Of a stretch of DNA of 64,000 nucleotides, positions 40,647-51,640 are shown one piece after another. How positions within the stretch are numbered: the first letter of the stretch is position 1; each line of letters starts with the position of its first letter. The stretch covers positions 2,893 to 66,892 of the forward strand of contig CABYDZ010000005.1 in NCBI GenBank assembly GCA_902517885.1, written 5' to 3'. The DNA is from an uncultured Pelagibacteraceae bacterium. GTDB lineage: Bacteria > Pseudomonadota > Alphaproteobacteria > Pelagibacterales > AG-422-B15. The translations under genes and the position numbers were made by a program. The notes under the pieces were generated by a model. That model was not told the origin of the DNA. It worked only from the letters and a program-made list of their open reading frames with translations, and did not search any database.

Positions 40647-41948
40647 ATGGATTTTTATATGAGATTTTTTAAGTATTTTGCGATCATAATGACTTTATTA
40701 TCAACGAGTAGTGCTGGAGCATTGAGTCTAAATGATGCAATTAGTGAATCTTTGGCAAATAACCTGCTGCTTAAAATGGAAGCTAATTCAGTAGATATTG
40801 CTGAAGAAGATTATTTCCAATCAAAATCAAATTACTTACCTTCAATTAGTCTTAACGCCAATATATCAGAAAATGAATACTCAAGCCTTAAAACCCAATC
40901 AGGAGTTATAGGGAGTGATTACGAATTGGCTCCAAGCAGTAAATCAATAATCTTATCTCAAAATTTATTCAGTGGCTTTAGTCGCTTTTACAATTCAATT
41001 TCGACAAAAGAATCTCTAAATCTGAAAAGACTTAATGAGAAGAAAGTTACTCAGGACATAATTTTAGAGACGATTGAGGCCTACTATAATGTCCTTATTG
41101 CTGAAAAATCAGTTAAGTCGTACAAGGACAATCTTGAGTCTGTTGCAGAAAGATCAAATGCAACAATCAAAGAATACGAAGTTGGCCTCACCTCCAAAAC
41201 TGATGTTGCTCAGGCCGAGGCTTTCTTAAATAATGCAAAGATTGATTTATTGGATTCTGAAATAATTCTTAAAAATTTAAAAAATTCATTCTTTGACTTA
41301 GTTGGTGTTGATGCAAAAAATTTAATATTTTCAGAAATTAATGCTGACATACCAAGCTCATTTAGTGAATTTAAAGAAATATTAATCGCTAATAATTACT
41401 CAATAAGGATGGCGGAAGTTAATTTGAAAATAATGAATGCTAATGTAGGAGTAGCACGTTCAGCATATTATCCTCAACTAAGTTTTACTGTTTCTAAATC
41501 TGAATTAGATGAATTTTCATCAGAGATAGATGAGCTCACAAATGAGGAAATTAAAGCCACTCTTAATTGGCCAATCTTTACAGCTGGAAAATCGCTATCT
41601 AATGTCCGCAAGGCAAAAGAAGTTAAAAATACGCAGTTAATACTTTTACAGAAAACGCAAAATGAAACTGTTATTCTCTCAGAAAATATCTGGGACAAAT
41701 ATAAAATTTCAGAACAAACGATAAAAGCTGCTGAGCTAACGTATAATGCAAATCAAACTGCATATAAAGGTACTGTGATTGAGCAAGAAGTTGGTGAAAG
41801 AAGTGTTCTTGATGTTTTAATTGCAAGGCAAGCACTGCTTAACTCAGAGATTAATTATTTTAACAAGCAGAAAGATAGGGAAATAGTTAAATCTCAAATT
41901 ATGTATTTAACAGGATTACTTAATTTTGAAAATTTAGAGGTTAATTAA
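40647..41948 (+). CDS. tolC: TolC-family outer-membrane efflux protein
   Basis: 433 aa. Signal peptide, LSLNDAISESLANN start and two OEP repeats (..YYPQLSF..). First gene of the efflux operon. Confidence 0.85.
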   Translation: MDFYMRFFKYFAIIMTLLSTSSAGALSLNDAISESLANNLLLKMEANSVDIAEEDYFQSKSNYLPSISLNANISENEYSSLKTQSGVIGSDYELAPSSKSIILSQNLFSGFSRFYNSISTKESLNLKRLNEKKVTQDIILETIEAYYNVLIAEKSVKSYKDNLESVAERSNATIKEYEVGLTSKTDVAQAEAFLNNAKIDLLDSEIILKNLKNSFFDLVGVDAKNLIFSEINADIPSSFSEFKEILIANNYSIRMAEVNLKIMNANVGVARSAYYPQLSFTVSKSELDEFSSEIDELTNEEIKATLNWPIFTAGKSLSNVRKAKEVKNTQLILLQKTQNETVILSENIWDKYKISEQTIKAAELTYNANQTAYKGTVIEQEVGERSVLDVLIARQALLNSEINYFNKQKDREIVKSQIMYLTGLLNFENLEVN

Positions 41949-41949
41949 T

Positions 41950-42498
41950 ATGCAAAAAGATACTTTATGTTTAGGCTTGCTTTCTTTAGGCCCAAGATCA
42001 GGTTATGAAATTAAACAAATGTTTGAAGGTCCTTTATCAGATTTTTACAGCTTAAGCTTTGGAACTATTTATCCAACTTTAAATAAACTCCAGGATGAAA
42101 AATATGTTTCATGTAAGCAATTATCTCAAAGCAAAAAGCCAGATAAAAAAGTTTATACAATCACTAAAAAAGGAAAGGACTTAATGAAGGATAATTTATT
42201 AGGAGATGCCTCAGCCTATATACGTTCAGGCAATTTTGGTGATCAAATCAAATCAGAATTCTTTTTACTTTTATTATTTGCAAAATATCTGCCTCAAGAA
42301 ACTTTAGATACAGTATTAAATGAAAGAGTTTTATTTCTAAGGCAGAAACTGGAACAATTTAAATATGACGGTCCAGTTCCATCAGATCTTCAGGCTCTTA
42401 GAAATGAAAAATCTGTTGCCTTTATTAGAGGCCTGGCAACAGCCCTAATTGAAAGTGGTTTAAATTATATGGAAAAAAATAGAGGAAAGCTGAATTAG
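41950..42498 (+). CDS. PadR-family transcriptional regulator
   Basis: 182 aa. LGLLSLGPRSGYEIKQ...SFGTIYPTLNKLQDEKYV...KKVYTITKKGK winged-helix segment plus a C-terminal helical domain. Confidence 0.85.
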   Translation: MQKDTLCLGLLSLGPRSGYEIKQMFEGPLSDFYSLSFGTIYPTLNKLQDEKYVSCKQLSQSKKPDKKVYTITKKGKDLMKDNLLGDASAYIRSGNFGDQIKSEFFLLLLFAKYLPQETLDTVLNERVLFLRQKLEQFKYDGPVPSDLQALRNEKSVAFIRGLATALIESGLNYMEKNRGKLN

Positions 42499-42499
42499 T

Positions 42500-43570
42500 A
42501 TGTTTAAAAAAATCCCAATCAATATCGTCTCAGCAATTGTAATATTTATTCTTGTTTTTGCGTGGATAGTTTCGGGCTTGTTTTCTTCAGACGAAACTAG
42601 CTCATCTGAAATAATAGCGAATAGTGAAACAGTTGAGAAGATCACTGTCAGGGCCAGTGAATTTTCATCCCAAGATAAAACATATTATCTCACAGTACGT
42701 GGAAGAACTGAGGCAGATAAAGTTGTTATGATTAAGCCAAAAACGTCCTCTAATATTTCAATGGTAATAAATCCAGGACAAAACGTGACAGCAGGTGAGC
42801 TCATTTGTTTACTCGATAAAGAAAACAGACTAGCTGGATTAAATGAAGCAAACGCAAACAAAAATAAAGCTCAATTACAATTTGACGCAATCCAAACACT
42901 TGCAAATGAGGGTTACAGATCAGAAAATGCTGTAGCCACAGCTGAGGCTGCTCTGAAATCTGCCATAGCACGAGTTGAGATGGCGCAAAATGAACTTGAT
43001 AACATTAGAGTTGTTGCTCCATTTGATGGATATGTTGAAGATGTTTTTGTTGAAGTCGGTGATTTAATTACTCCTGCAACCCCATGTGCAAAAATAATGC
43101 AACTTGATCCAATGAAAGTAACAGGTGAAGTTACAGAAAAGAATGTTGCACAGCTGTCAATTGATCAAATAGTAAGTGTCAAGATGTTGAATGGAGAGAC
43201 AATTGAAGGGAAAATTAACTTCATTAGCAAAAGTGCTAATCCAAGCACACGTACATACAAGGTAGAAGCAACAGTACTAAATAAAGACGGAAATATTCTT
43301 GAAGGACTTACTGCAGAGATGAGGGTGCCATTGAATAAAGTTAAAGCCCACCTAATACCATCTTATTTACTATCACTGAATGATGAAGGCGAATTGGGAA
43401 TAAAAATAGTTGAAAATGAAATGGTTAAATTTCTTCTTATTCAAATCATAGAAGATGGGCTTGATGGCTTATGGGTATCAGGATTGCCGGATGAAGTGAC
43501 TATTATAACTGTAGGTCAAGAATATGTAATAAACGGCCAAAATGTTAACGTTCAATTGAGTGAGATTTAG
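42500..43570 (+). CDS. RND efflux periplasmic adaptor (membrane fusion protein)
   Basis: 356 aa. N-terminal TM anchor, coiled-coil hairpin (..AQLQFDAIQTLANEGYRSENAVATAEAALKSA..), VVAPFDGYV lipoyl-like motif, beta-barrel C-terminal part. Confidence 0.85.
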   Translation: MFKKIPINIVSAIVIFILVFAWIVSGLFSSDETSSSEIIANSETVEKITVRASEFSSQDKTYYLTVRGRTEADKVVMIKPKTSSNISMVINPGQNVTAGELICLLDKENRLAGLNEANANKNKAQLQFDAIQTLANEGYRSENAVATAEAALKSAIARVEMAQNELDNIRVVAPFDGYVEDVFVEVGDLITPATPCAKIMQLDPMKVTGEVTEKNVAQLSIDQIVSVKMLNGETIEGKINFISKSANPSTRTYKVEATVLNKDGNILEGLTAEMRVPLNKVKAHLIPSYLLSLNDEGELGIKIVENEMVKFLLIQIIEDGLDGLWVSGLPDEVTIITVGQEYVINGQNVNVQLSEI

Positions 43571-43575
43571 TTTAA

Positions 43576-46500
43576 GTGGTAGATTTCTTAGTTGATAGAA
43601 AAAGAACAGCTCTTGCGCTTCTATTAGTGCTTATTTTTGCTGGGATTGTTGGAAGAATGAATATTCCAATTGAGAACAGACCAGAAATTACAATACCAGT
43701 AGTTTATGTAGGCGTTTCACTTCCTGGCATATCACCAGAAGATGCTGAGAGACTTCTGCTTAAACCAATAGAAGATGAGGTGAGAAGTATCGAAGGCATT
43801 GATGAACTTCAAGGCTTTGCTCTTGAAAATTTTGCTGCCGTTATTGTCAAATTTGATGCTGCTGAAACTATGAAGAAATCTCTAGACAAGGTTAGAGATG
43901 CTGTTAATGACGCAAAAGTTAAGTTCCCTGACGAAGCGAACGATCCGATGGTGAGGGAAGTATCAGTTACTGAAGATCCAACAATTATACTTTCAATAAG
44001 CTCAAAATCAGCCTCAGAGAGATTTATATTGGACCTTGCTCGTGAAATAAAAAAAGATGTTGAGCTAATTCCTGCAATATTTGAAGCAGAAATGGTTGGT
44101 GGAAGAAAAGAACAACTTGAAGCTGTAATTAATAGAACCCAGCTTGAGAGTTATAATATGTCCTTCATGGAAATAATAAGCTCAGTTGCAAATAATAATC
44201 AAGTAGTAACAGCGGGTGAAATTAAAACTGCTCAGGGTCAATTCTCTGTAAACGTTCCAGGTTTATTTGAAACTGCAAGAGATGTTTATGAACTGCCAAT
44301 AAGATCGACGGATAACAGCTCCGTATTATTATCTGATATTTCTGAATTAAAGAGAAATTTTAGAGATAGAGAAAACTATACTAAAGTTAATGGCGAAATT
44401 GGCGTTTCTCTTCTTATTAAAAAAGCTAGAGGTGAAAATGTTATTGAGACTATAGATGAGGTTGAGAGAATTGTTGATAAATATAAATCTAAAGTTTCCT
44501 CAGATGTAAGTTTTAATTATGTCATGGATACTCGAAGCTATATTTCAGATAACGTCGACTCGCTTCAAGGTAATATTATTTTAGCTACAGTAGTAGTGTT
44601 ACTAGTCACTATGATTGCTCTTGGAATCAGATCCTCTTTGATAGTTGGTTCAGGTATTCCAGTTTCAATCTTAATTACAATATTTGTTATGTACGCACTG
44701 GGCTATAATTATAACTTCATGGTCATGTTTGGCATATTAGTTGCATTAGGAATGCTTATTGATGGCTCTCTTGTAGTGGTTGAGTTAGCTGATAGAAAAA
44801 TGCTTGAAGGATTTAGTAAGCAGGAGGCATATGTCTATTCAGCGAAAAGAATGTTCTGGCCTATAGTTGCTTCATCTGCAACAACCCTAGCCGTATTTGC
44901 CCCACTTTTCTTCTGGCCCGGTGTATCTGGTCAGTTTATGTCCGTACTTCCACTCACAATCTTTATTGTCTTATCTATCGCATTGGTTTTTAGCTTAATG
45001 TTTGTTCCGGTAATAGGAAGTGTATTTGGCAAGCCTTCAAATGCATCAGCTGATGTTTATCGTAGCCTTGGTTCTGATCAAGGAATCAATCTCAAAGAAC
45101 TAACCGGATATGTAGGAAAATATGTAAATATATTAAGCTACGTCATTAATAGACCCATTATTACCCTATCGTTAATATTTTTTGTTATTTTTGGCATTAT
45201 AGCAACTTACTCAAACTTCGGTAAAGGTATGGTATTTTTTACTTCTAATGACCCTTACTTTGGAGTTGTCAAAGTCTACGCAAGAGGAAACTTATCTGTC
45301 GAGGAGGTAAATGATCTAGCGCAAGAAGTGGAAGATGCGATGATAAATCAGTACGGCATCAAAAGTTATTTTTTACAGACTGGGCAATTTAGTAGTGTTG
45401 GGCCTTCAGGCGGTGGCGGTGGATCTTCTGAAGATTTAATCGCAACAGCTTACTTTGAGTTCATTGAGCGAGGCAAAAGGAAAAATGGACATAAAATAAT
45501 GGACGATTTAAGAAATGAACTTAGTAATATTAGCGGCATTAAGTATGAAGTCATTGAAGAAACAGGCGGGCCACCTGTAGGCAAAGATTTAGAAATAAGA
45601 ATAACTGGACCAACGAGTGACATTTTGGTTCCAGTGACTAAGTCGTTGAGAGACTATATTGACAATCTTGATGAGTTAATAAGCATTGAGGATACTCTAC
45701 CTATTCCATTAGTAGATTGGGAGCTGACCATTGATAAACCAAAAGCTGCACAATTTGGCGTTGATATTTTTACTATTGGTACGGCAATTAAATTGGTCAC
45801 TGAAGGAATAATGATCGGCAAGTATAGGCCAAATGACATTGATGAAGAATTAGAGATCTACGTAAGGTACCCTGAAAGCGATAGATCAATTGATCAACTT
45901 GACAATATAATGATTGAATCGTCTGTTGGTAAAGTTCCTATTAGCAATTTCCTTACGAAGAAGCCAAAGCAAAATGTTAGTTTTATTAGAAGATGGGACG
46001 CAAGAAATGCTATGTACATTAAAGCAAACGTAACTGAGGGCACTTCAACCGGTGAAGTTGTGGAGAAGTTAAGTAGCTGGGCAGATGATCAAGCATTTCC
46101 ACCAAATGTTGACATTGCTTATGGAGGCGAAAATGAAGAGCAAAATGACTCCATGAAATTTATCGTACAGGCATTTATAATTTCTGTATTGATAATGGCA
46201 GCATTACTAGTAACCCAATTCAATAGTTTCTATCAATGCTTTATAATTCTTACCGCGGTTATAATAAGTACCGCAGGTGTATATTTAGGACTACTAGTAT
46301 TTGATCAGGCATTCTCCGCTATATTACATGGTATTGGAATTGTTTCATTGGCAGGAATTGTTGTTAATAATAATATTATTCTAATTGATGCATACAATTT
46401 CGTTAGTAACAAAAATAAGGACGATGTCTATAATAATGTTCTTAAAGCATGCGCACAAAGATTAAGGCCTATCTTTCTAACTACAATTACAACTATGCTG

Positions 46501-46737
46501 GGATTAATTCCTTTGGCATTGAATTATAGCATCGATCCAATAGCAAGAACAATAGAGTATGATTCAAACGTGAGTGGTTTTTGGACATCGCTTGCACAAT
46601 GCATTGTATACGGTTTGAGTTTTTCAGCAATATTGACATTAATCGTCACACCTTGCTTGCTTATTTTGCCTTCACACGTACGCAGTTATGTAAATAATAG
46701 TAAACTTTTTTCATTTACCACAAAAAATGCTTCGTAA
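43576..46737 (+). CDS. RND efflux permease, paralogue 1 (AcrB/CzcA superfamily)
   Basis: 1053 aa, GTG start. 12-TM plus two large periplasmic loops. TM4 LIDGSLVVVE. C-terminal RLRPIFLTTITTMLGLIPLAL. Confidence 0.93.
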   Translation: MVDFLVDRKRTALALLLVLIFAGIVGRMNIPIENRPEITIPVVYVGVSLPGISPEDAERLLLKPIEDEVRSIEGIDELQGFALENFAAVIVKFDAAETMKKSLDKVRDAVNDAKVKFPDEANDPMVREVSVTEDPTIILSISSKSASERFILDLAREIKKDVELIPAIFEAEMVGGRKEQLEAVINRTQLESYNMSFMEIISSVANNNQVVTAGEIKTAQGQFSVNVPGLFETARDVYELPIRSTDNSSVLLSDISELKRNFRDRENYTKVNGEIGVSLLIKKARGENVIETIDEVERIVDKYKSKVSSDVSFNYVMDTRSYISDNVDSLQGNIILATVVVLLVTMIALGIRSSLIVGSGIPVSILITIFVMYALGYNYNFMVMFGILVALGMLIDGSLVVVELADRKMLEGFSKQEAYVYSAKRMFWPIVASSATTLAVFAPLFFWPGVSGQFMSVLPLTIFIVLSIALVFSLMFVPVIGSVFGKPSNASADVYRSLGSDQGINLKELTGYVGKYVNILSYVINRPIITLSLIFFVIFGIIATYSNFGKGMVFFTSNDPYFGVVKVYARGNLSVEEVNDLAQEVEDAMINQYGIKSYFLQTGQFSSVGPSGGGGGSSEDLIATAYFEFIERGKRKNGHKIMDDLRNELSNISGIKYEVIEETGGPPVGKDLEIRITGPTSDILVPVTKSLRDYIDNLDELISIEDTLPIPLVDWELTIDKPKAAQFGVDIFTIGTAIKLVTEGIMIGKYRPNDIDEELEIYVRYPESDRSIDQLDNIMIESSVGKVPISNFLTKKPKQNVSFIRRWDARNAMYIKANVTEGTSTGEVVEKLSSWADDQAFPPNVDIAYGGENEEQNDSMKFIVQAFIISVLIMAALLVTQFNSFYQCFIILTAVIISTAGVYLGLLVFDQAFSAILHGIGIVSLAGIVVNNNIILIDAYNFVSNKNKDDVYNNVLKACAQRLRPIFLTTITTMLGLIPLALNYSIDPIARTIEYDSNVSGFWTSLAQCIVYGLSFSAILTLIVTPCLLILPSHVRSYVNNSKLFSFTTKNAS

Positions 46738-49700
46738 TATTCTAGCCTCTATTCTTTTCAGAAAAAAAACAATATCAACAATCTTGTTAATGATTGTTTT
46801 GCTTGGTGTACTTTCTTATGTGACTTTTCCAAAAGAAGAAATGCCAGAAATTGATCTTAAAACAGTAGCATTGATTGTTGAATACAAAGGAATGTCATCA
46901 AGCGAAATAGAAAAACTTATAACCGAACCGCTTGAGAGAAAATTGATGTCGCTTCAGGATATTGATGAAATTGTTTCAATATCAAAAGATAATATTGCCT
47001 CTTTCATGATTGCCTTTGAACTTAATACTAAAATTCAAAATTTATCTAAGCTCATAAGAAATACAATTACCGACGCATCTGAAGAACTTCCTGCAGAAAT
47101 GGAAATTATTGAAGTAAAAGAATATGATTCATCAATGTTTTCAAATATTTATGTTGGCATTTATGGTGACGTTCCCTATGATATTTTAGAAAAAACTGCA
47201 AACGCTTATAAAGACCAGCTAGAAAAAATTAATAATGTAACTGAGGTAGATATTGTTGGTAAAAGAGACGAAATTGTCAAAGTTACCCTCGATCCATCCC
47301 TTCTTCGCAAATATGAACTTGATGTTGCAGATGTTTATTGGGCGTTAAGAAAATATAATAATATTGTACCCGCTGGAAAACTTGTCAGTGATGATGCCAA
47401 CTATTCAATAAAAATTCCTGGTCTTTATGAAAACTATAGGGAAATAGGTGAACTCCCTATTAAAATGGATAAAGGATTTATATTAAAACTTGATGATATT
47501 TCAGAAATTAAGAGAACATATGACGATAAAAAAAATATTGTAATTGTTAACGGTAAAACTGCATTAAACATGCAAATATCAAGAAAAGCTGGGACCAATA
47601 TTATTGATACATATAATTCAGTTAAAAAGGTACTGAGGATTAATGATGGAAAATTTCATCCTGATATCAAAACACAAATAATAGACGATGAATCTGAGCA
47701 AGTTGAGCAAAGAATTGAATCCTCAGAAAATACAGTCATAACTGCAGTCATTCTTGTAATGATTATTGTCATAGCGGCACTAGGCATAAGAAGTGGCACT
47801 ATTGTGGGACTCTCAATTCCAACTACATACTTATTTTCCATCTTAATTCTGGACTCTATGGGACTGACTTATAATTTAATGACTGTTTTTGGGCTCATCT
47901 TGTCAGTTGGACTACTAGTAGATGGACCAATTGTGATAACTGAATATGCGCGCTCAGAACAAGAACGTGGAGTTCGTCGAAGAGATTCATATATTAATTC
48001 CTCTCATACTATGTTTTGGCCAATTGTAGCTTCTTCACTAACAACAATTGCAGCTTTCTTTCCATTATTATTTTGGCCTGACATGCTTGGTCAATGGCTT
48101 AGAGTAATTCCATTGACTGTAATTGTTGTGCTATCAACATCATTAGTGGTTTCTCTTATTTTCCTACCAGCAATGGGATCAATGATAGAGAGAAAAACGG
48201 CCCAAATGTCTGATGAGAACAAGAGAAAAGAAGGATATTTCCTCAGAGTCTATGAAAGAAGTGTATCTAGAGCAATAAGAAGTCCATTGATAGTTTTGCT
48301 TTTAACTATTTTCACATTTCTGTCGGTTATTTTCATCTATAGCCAATATAATAATGGTGTTATTTTCTTTCCTAACGATAAAGCAACAAATGCTCGAGTT
48401 GAGGTTATGGCGCGAGGAAACTTCTCTCCCAAGGAAACAGCTGAATATATAAAAGAAGTCGTAGAAGTTGTAGAGTCTAACCCTTATATTGGAAACTACG
48501 TTGCAAATACAATAAATAGAAACCGGATTTGGCTTTTTGATCAAAGTCCAACTGATATAGTAGGCAGGCTATGGATTGATTTAATCCCAGAAGATGAGAG
48601 ACCTGATAGTGATCTGGTACTACAAGATATACAAGACGAATTAAGTAAGATTAGTGGATACGAAGCTAGGATTTCAGGGAATACTTATAGTTCAGCAATT
48701 GTTGGTCCAAAAGATATCGAGATCGAAATCTCCTCAGCAAATAAATTTGTTTTAAGGCAGGTAGCAGAAATAATAAAAGACAAATTGACGAACTCAAAAG
48801 AAGTAAAAGATATTGAAATAAAATATCCTATAACTGGTGTAGAATGGGAATACAAGGTTGACAGAAAACAAACTGGAAAATACAACGTATCAATTCAACA
48901 AATTGGCTCTATTATCAATCTAGCAACAACTGGTACAAAGATTGGTGCATTAAGACCAATTAATAAGAATGAAGAAATAGATATTAAATTATTTTTACCA
49001 GAGGATATACGTTCACTTGATGAGGTTGAAAACTTATTTATACAAACTGACTCTGGCTCTGTACCAATTTCAAGATTCATAGAGAAAGAGCCCAATAAAA
49101 AAATATTTTCTATTGGCCGGAAAGATTCCTCAAGAATATTGATGGTTGATGCAAATACTGCTGAAGGATATAAAACAGCTGATCAAATAAGAAAAATAAA
49201 ATACTGGTTAACGCAGGCTAATCTTCCAATTGACGTTAAAGTTAACCTTATAGGAGAAGCAGAAGACTCAAGATCTTCTCAGGTATTCATATTATCAGCA
49301 TTTGCTGCAGCATTGTTACTTATGTTTATAATTTTGATATCTTTATTCAATAATTTCTATCACACATTTTTAGTACTTTTTTCAATTGTACTATCTACGA
49401 CAGGGGTATTTGTTGGACTACTCGTATTACAGCTTCCATTCAGCGGCGTAATGACTGGGCTTGGAATTGTTGCATGTACTGGGATAGTTGTTAATAACAA
49501 TATTATTTTAATAGATAGTTATAGAAAAATTAAAAAGAACGAAAGTGATCGATTTGTTGCAATCATTGCCGCTGCTAAAAGTCGGATAAGACCTATTTTT
49601 TTAACAACAATAACAACTGTGTTTGGTCTTCTTCCCTCAGCATTGCAAATAAGCGTTGACGTATTTGACAGAACAATCAGTTATAAGAGTGCGGAAAGTT

Positions 49701-49873
49701 ACTTCGTGGAGCCTTTAGCTTGGGCAATCGTTTTTGGTCTTTCATTTGCTACCATTGCAACTTTGCTTGTTACGCCTGCCCTACTGGCTTTGCCTAATAG
49801 CTTAAATGTTTTTTTTAGTAGATTTAAGAATTACAGAGGTATACCAAATATTAAAAGTAATTTAGTAAATTAA
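46727..49873 (+). CDS. RND efflux permease, paralogue 2
   Basis: 1048 aa. Overlaps paralogue 1 by 11 nt. TM4 LVDGPIVITE. RIRPIFLTTITTVFGLLPSAL. Confidence 0.93.
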   Translation: MLRNILASILFRKKTISTILLMIVLLGVLSYVTFPKEEMPEIDLKTVALIVEYKGMSSSEIEKLITEPLERKLMSLQDIDEIVSISKDNIASFMIAFELNTKIQNLSKLIRNTITDASEELPAEMEIIEVKEYDSSMFSNIYVGIYGDVPYDILEKTANAYKDQLEKINNVTEVDIVGKRDEIVKVTLDPSLLRKYELDVADVYWALRKYNNIVPAGKLVSDDANYSIKIPGLYENYREIGELPIKMDKGFILKLDDISEIKRTYDDKKNIVIVNGKTALNMQISRKAGTNIIDTYNSVKKVLRINDGKFHPDIKTQIIDDESEQVEQRIESSENTVITAVILVMIIVIAALGIRSGTIVGLSIPTTYLFSILILDSMGLTYNLMTVFGLILSVGLLVDGPIVITEYARSEQERGVRRRDSYINSSHTMFWPIVASSLTTIAAFFPLLFWPDMLGQWLRVIPLTVIVVLSTSLVVSLIFLPAMGSMIERKTAQMSDENKRKEGYFLRVYERSVSRAIRSPLIVLLLTIFTFLSVIFIYSQYNNGVIFFPNDKATNARVEVMARGNFSPKETAEYIKEVVEVVESNPYIGNYVANTINRNRIWLFDQSPTDIVGRLWIDLIPEDERPDSDLVLQDIQDELSKISGYEARISGNTYSSAIVGPKDIEIEISSANKFVLRQVAEIIKDKLTNSKEVKDIEIKYPITGVEWEYKVDRKQTGKYNVSIQQIGSIINLATTGTKIGALRPINKNEEIDIKLFLPEDIRSLDEVENLFIQTDSGSVPISRFIEKEPNKKIFSIGRKDSSRILMVDANTAEGYKTADQIRKIKYWLTQANLPIDVKVNLIGEAEDSRSSQVFILSAFAAALLLMFIILISLFNNFYHTFLVLFSIVLSTTGVFVGLLVLQLPFSGVMTGLGIVACTGIVVNNNIILIDSYRKIKKNESDRFVAIIAAAKSRIRPIFLTTITTVFGLLPSALQISVDVFDRTISYKSAESYFVEPLAWAIVFGLSFATIATLLVTPALLALPNSLNVFFSRFKNYRGIPNIKSNLVN

Positions 49874-49875
49874 AT

Positions 49876-50424
49876 ATGAAATCAATTGCTGTTTATTGTA
49901 GCTCTTCAAATAAAATCAGTAAAACTTTCAATGATGAAGTCTCTAAAGTTGGCAAACTCCTAGCTCAAAAAAAATTAAAAATTATATATGGTGGAGGTGA
50001 TATGGGCCTTATGGGTGAACTATCCAAAAGTGCTACTCAGGCGGGCGGTGAAGTAAAAGGAATAATAACTGAACACCTCATAAATATTGAACGAAAAAAC
50101 GTAAGTGAAAATAATGTAAGAATTGTCAATACTATGCATGAAAGAAAGATTGAAATGTATAATTCTGCCGACTCCTTTCTTATTCTTCCAGGCGGTATCG
50201 GTACTCTAGAGGAATTTTTTGAAGTTCTGTCTTGGAAACAGCTGAACCTTCATAATAAACCAATTTTTATATATAATTTTGAAAATTTCTGGGACCCTCT
50301 TGTTGAATTGATAGAGCACATGATCAAAAACAATTTTGCTGGTGAAAATATGAAAGAAGCATATAAGGTAATCAAAAATCATTCAGAATTAGAAAAAGAA
50401 CTGAGAATCCGTGAAGAAAATTAA
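49876..50424 (+). CDS. LOG-family (TIGR00730) nucleotide phosphoribohydrolase
   Basis: 182 aa. [10 protein letters not shown] and [12 protein letters not shown] signature motifs. Confidence 0.88.
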   Translation: MKSIAVYCSSSNKISKTFNDEVSKVGKLLAQKKLKIIYGGGDMGLMGELSKSATQAGGEVKGIITEHLINIERKNVSENNVRIVNTMHERKIEMYNSADSFLILPGGIGTLEEFFEVLSWKQLNLHNKPIFIYNFENFWDPLVELIEHMIKNNFAGENMKEAYKVIKNHSELEKELRIREEN

Positions 50425-51640
50425 AGTTAAAACGCCGCTAGTCGAGATAGATGGCGATGAGATGACAAGAATTATTTGGCAGTTTATCAAAGATAAACTC
50501 ATACTTCCCTATCTTGATATTGAACTTGATTATTACGATCTTGGAGTTGAGAGCAGAGATCGAACCAATGATAAAATTACAGTCGATTCTGCGAATGCCA
50601 TCAAGAAATACGGAGTTGGAGTTAAATGCGCTACAATAACTCCTGATGAAGATCGGGTAGAAGAATTTAAACTTAAGGAAATGTGGCGCTCACCAAATGG
50701 AACTATAAGAAATATACTTGGTGGAACAGTTTTTAGGGAACCGATTGTTTGTAAAAATGTCCCTAGACTTGTGCCTGGATGGACTGACCCTATTGTCGTA
50801 GGTAGGCACGCATTTGGGGATCAATACAAAGCAACGGATTTTAAAGTTCCTGGCAAAGGAAAACTTAGTATTAAATGGACACCCGAAGATCCGAATATGG
50901 AACCGATCGAAAAAGAAGTTTATGAATTTCAATCAAGTGGCGTAGCTATGGCGATGTATAATACAGACGAGTCGATCAGAGACTTTGCAAAATCTTGCAT
51001 GAACTATGCATTGATGCGTGAATGGCCTGTTTATCTATCTACTAAAAATACTATTTTGAAACAATATGACGGTCGTTTCAAAGATCTCTTTCAAGAGGTA
51101 TATGAAAAAGACTTTGCTGAAAAATTTAAATCACTCGATCTAGATTATGAGCATAGATTAATAGATGATATGGTTGCATCTGCGTTGAAATGGAACGGAA
51201 AATTTGTATGGGCATGTAAAAACTACGATGGAGATGTACAATCAGATACTGTTGCTCAAGGATTTGGCTCACTAGGACTAATGACAAGCGTGCTTATGAC
51301 GCCAGACGGAAAAACTATCGAAGCAGAAGCCGCTCATGGAACAGTCACAAGACATTTTAGATTGCATCAAGAAGGTAAACAAACTTCAACGAACCCTATA
51401 GCCTCTATATTTGCTTGGTCAAGAGGTCTTAAATATCGTGGAAAGCTCGATGAGAATGATCAACTTATTGAATTTGCAGATAAGTTGGAAAAAGTATGCG
51501 TTGAGACAGTTGAAAGTGGATCAATGACAAAGGATCTAGCTCTGCTGATGCCTCATGAACAAGATTGGCATAGTACAGAAGATTTTTTAGAAATTATTGA
51601 ACGTAACCTTAATAATAAACTTACTGTAACTTACCAATAA
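50411..51640 (+). CDS. icd: NADP-dependent isocitrate dehydrogenase, eukaryote-like homodimeric type
   Basis: 409 aa. [13 protein letters not shown] (human IDH1 has [13 protein letters not shown]), [31 protein letters not shown] start, with no ATG upstream of the conserved region. Confidence 0.95.
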   Translation: MKKIKVKTPLVEIDGDEMTRIIWQFIKDKLILPYLDIELDYYDLGVESRDRTNDKITVDSANAIKKYGVGVKCATITPDEDRVEEFKLKEMWRSPNGTIRNILGGTVFREPIVCKNVPRLVPGWTDPIVVGRHAFGDQYKATDFKVPGKGKLSIKWTPEDPNMEPIEKEVYEFQSSGVAMAMYNTDESIRDFAKSCMNYALMREWPVYLSTKNTILKQYDGRFKDLFQEVYEKDFAEKFKSLDLDYEHRLIDDMVASALKWNGKFVWACKNYDGDVQSDTVAQGFGSLGLMTSVLMTPDGKTIEAEAAHGTVTRHFRLHQEGKQTSTNPIASIFAWSRGLKYRGKLDENDQLIEFADKLEKVCVETVESGSMTKDLALLMPHEQDWHSTEDFLEIIERNLNNKLTVTYQ

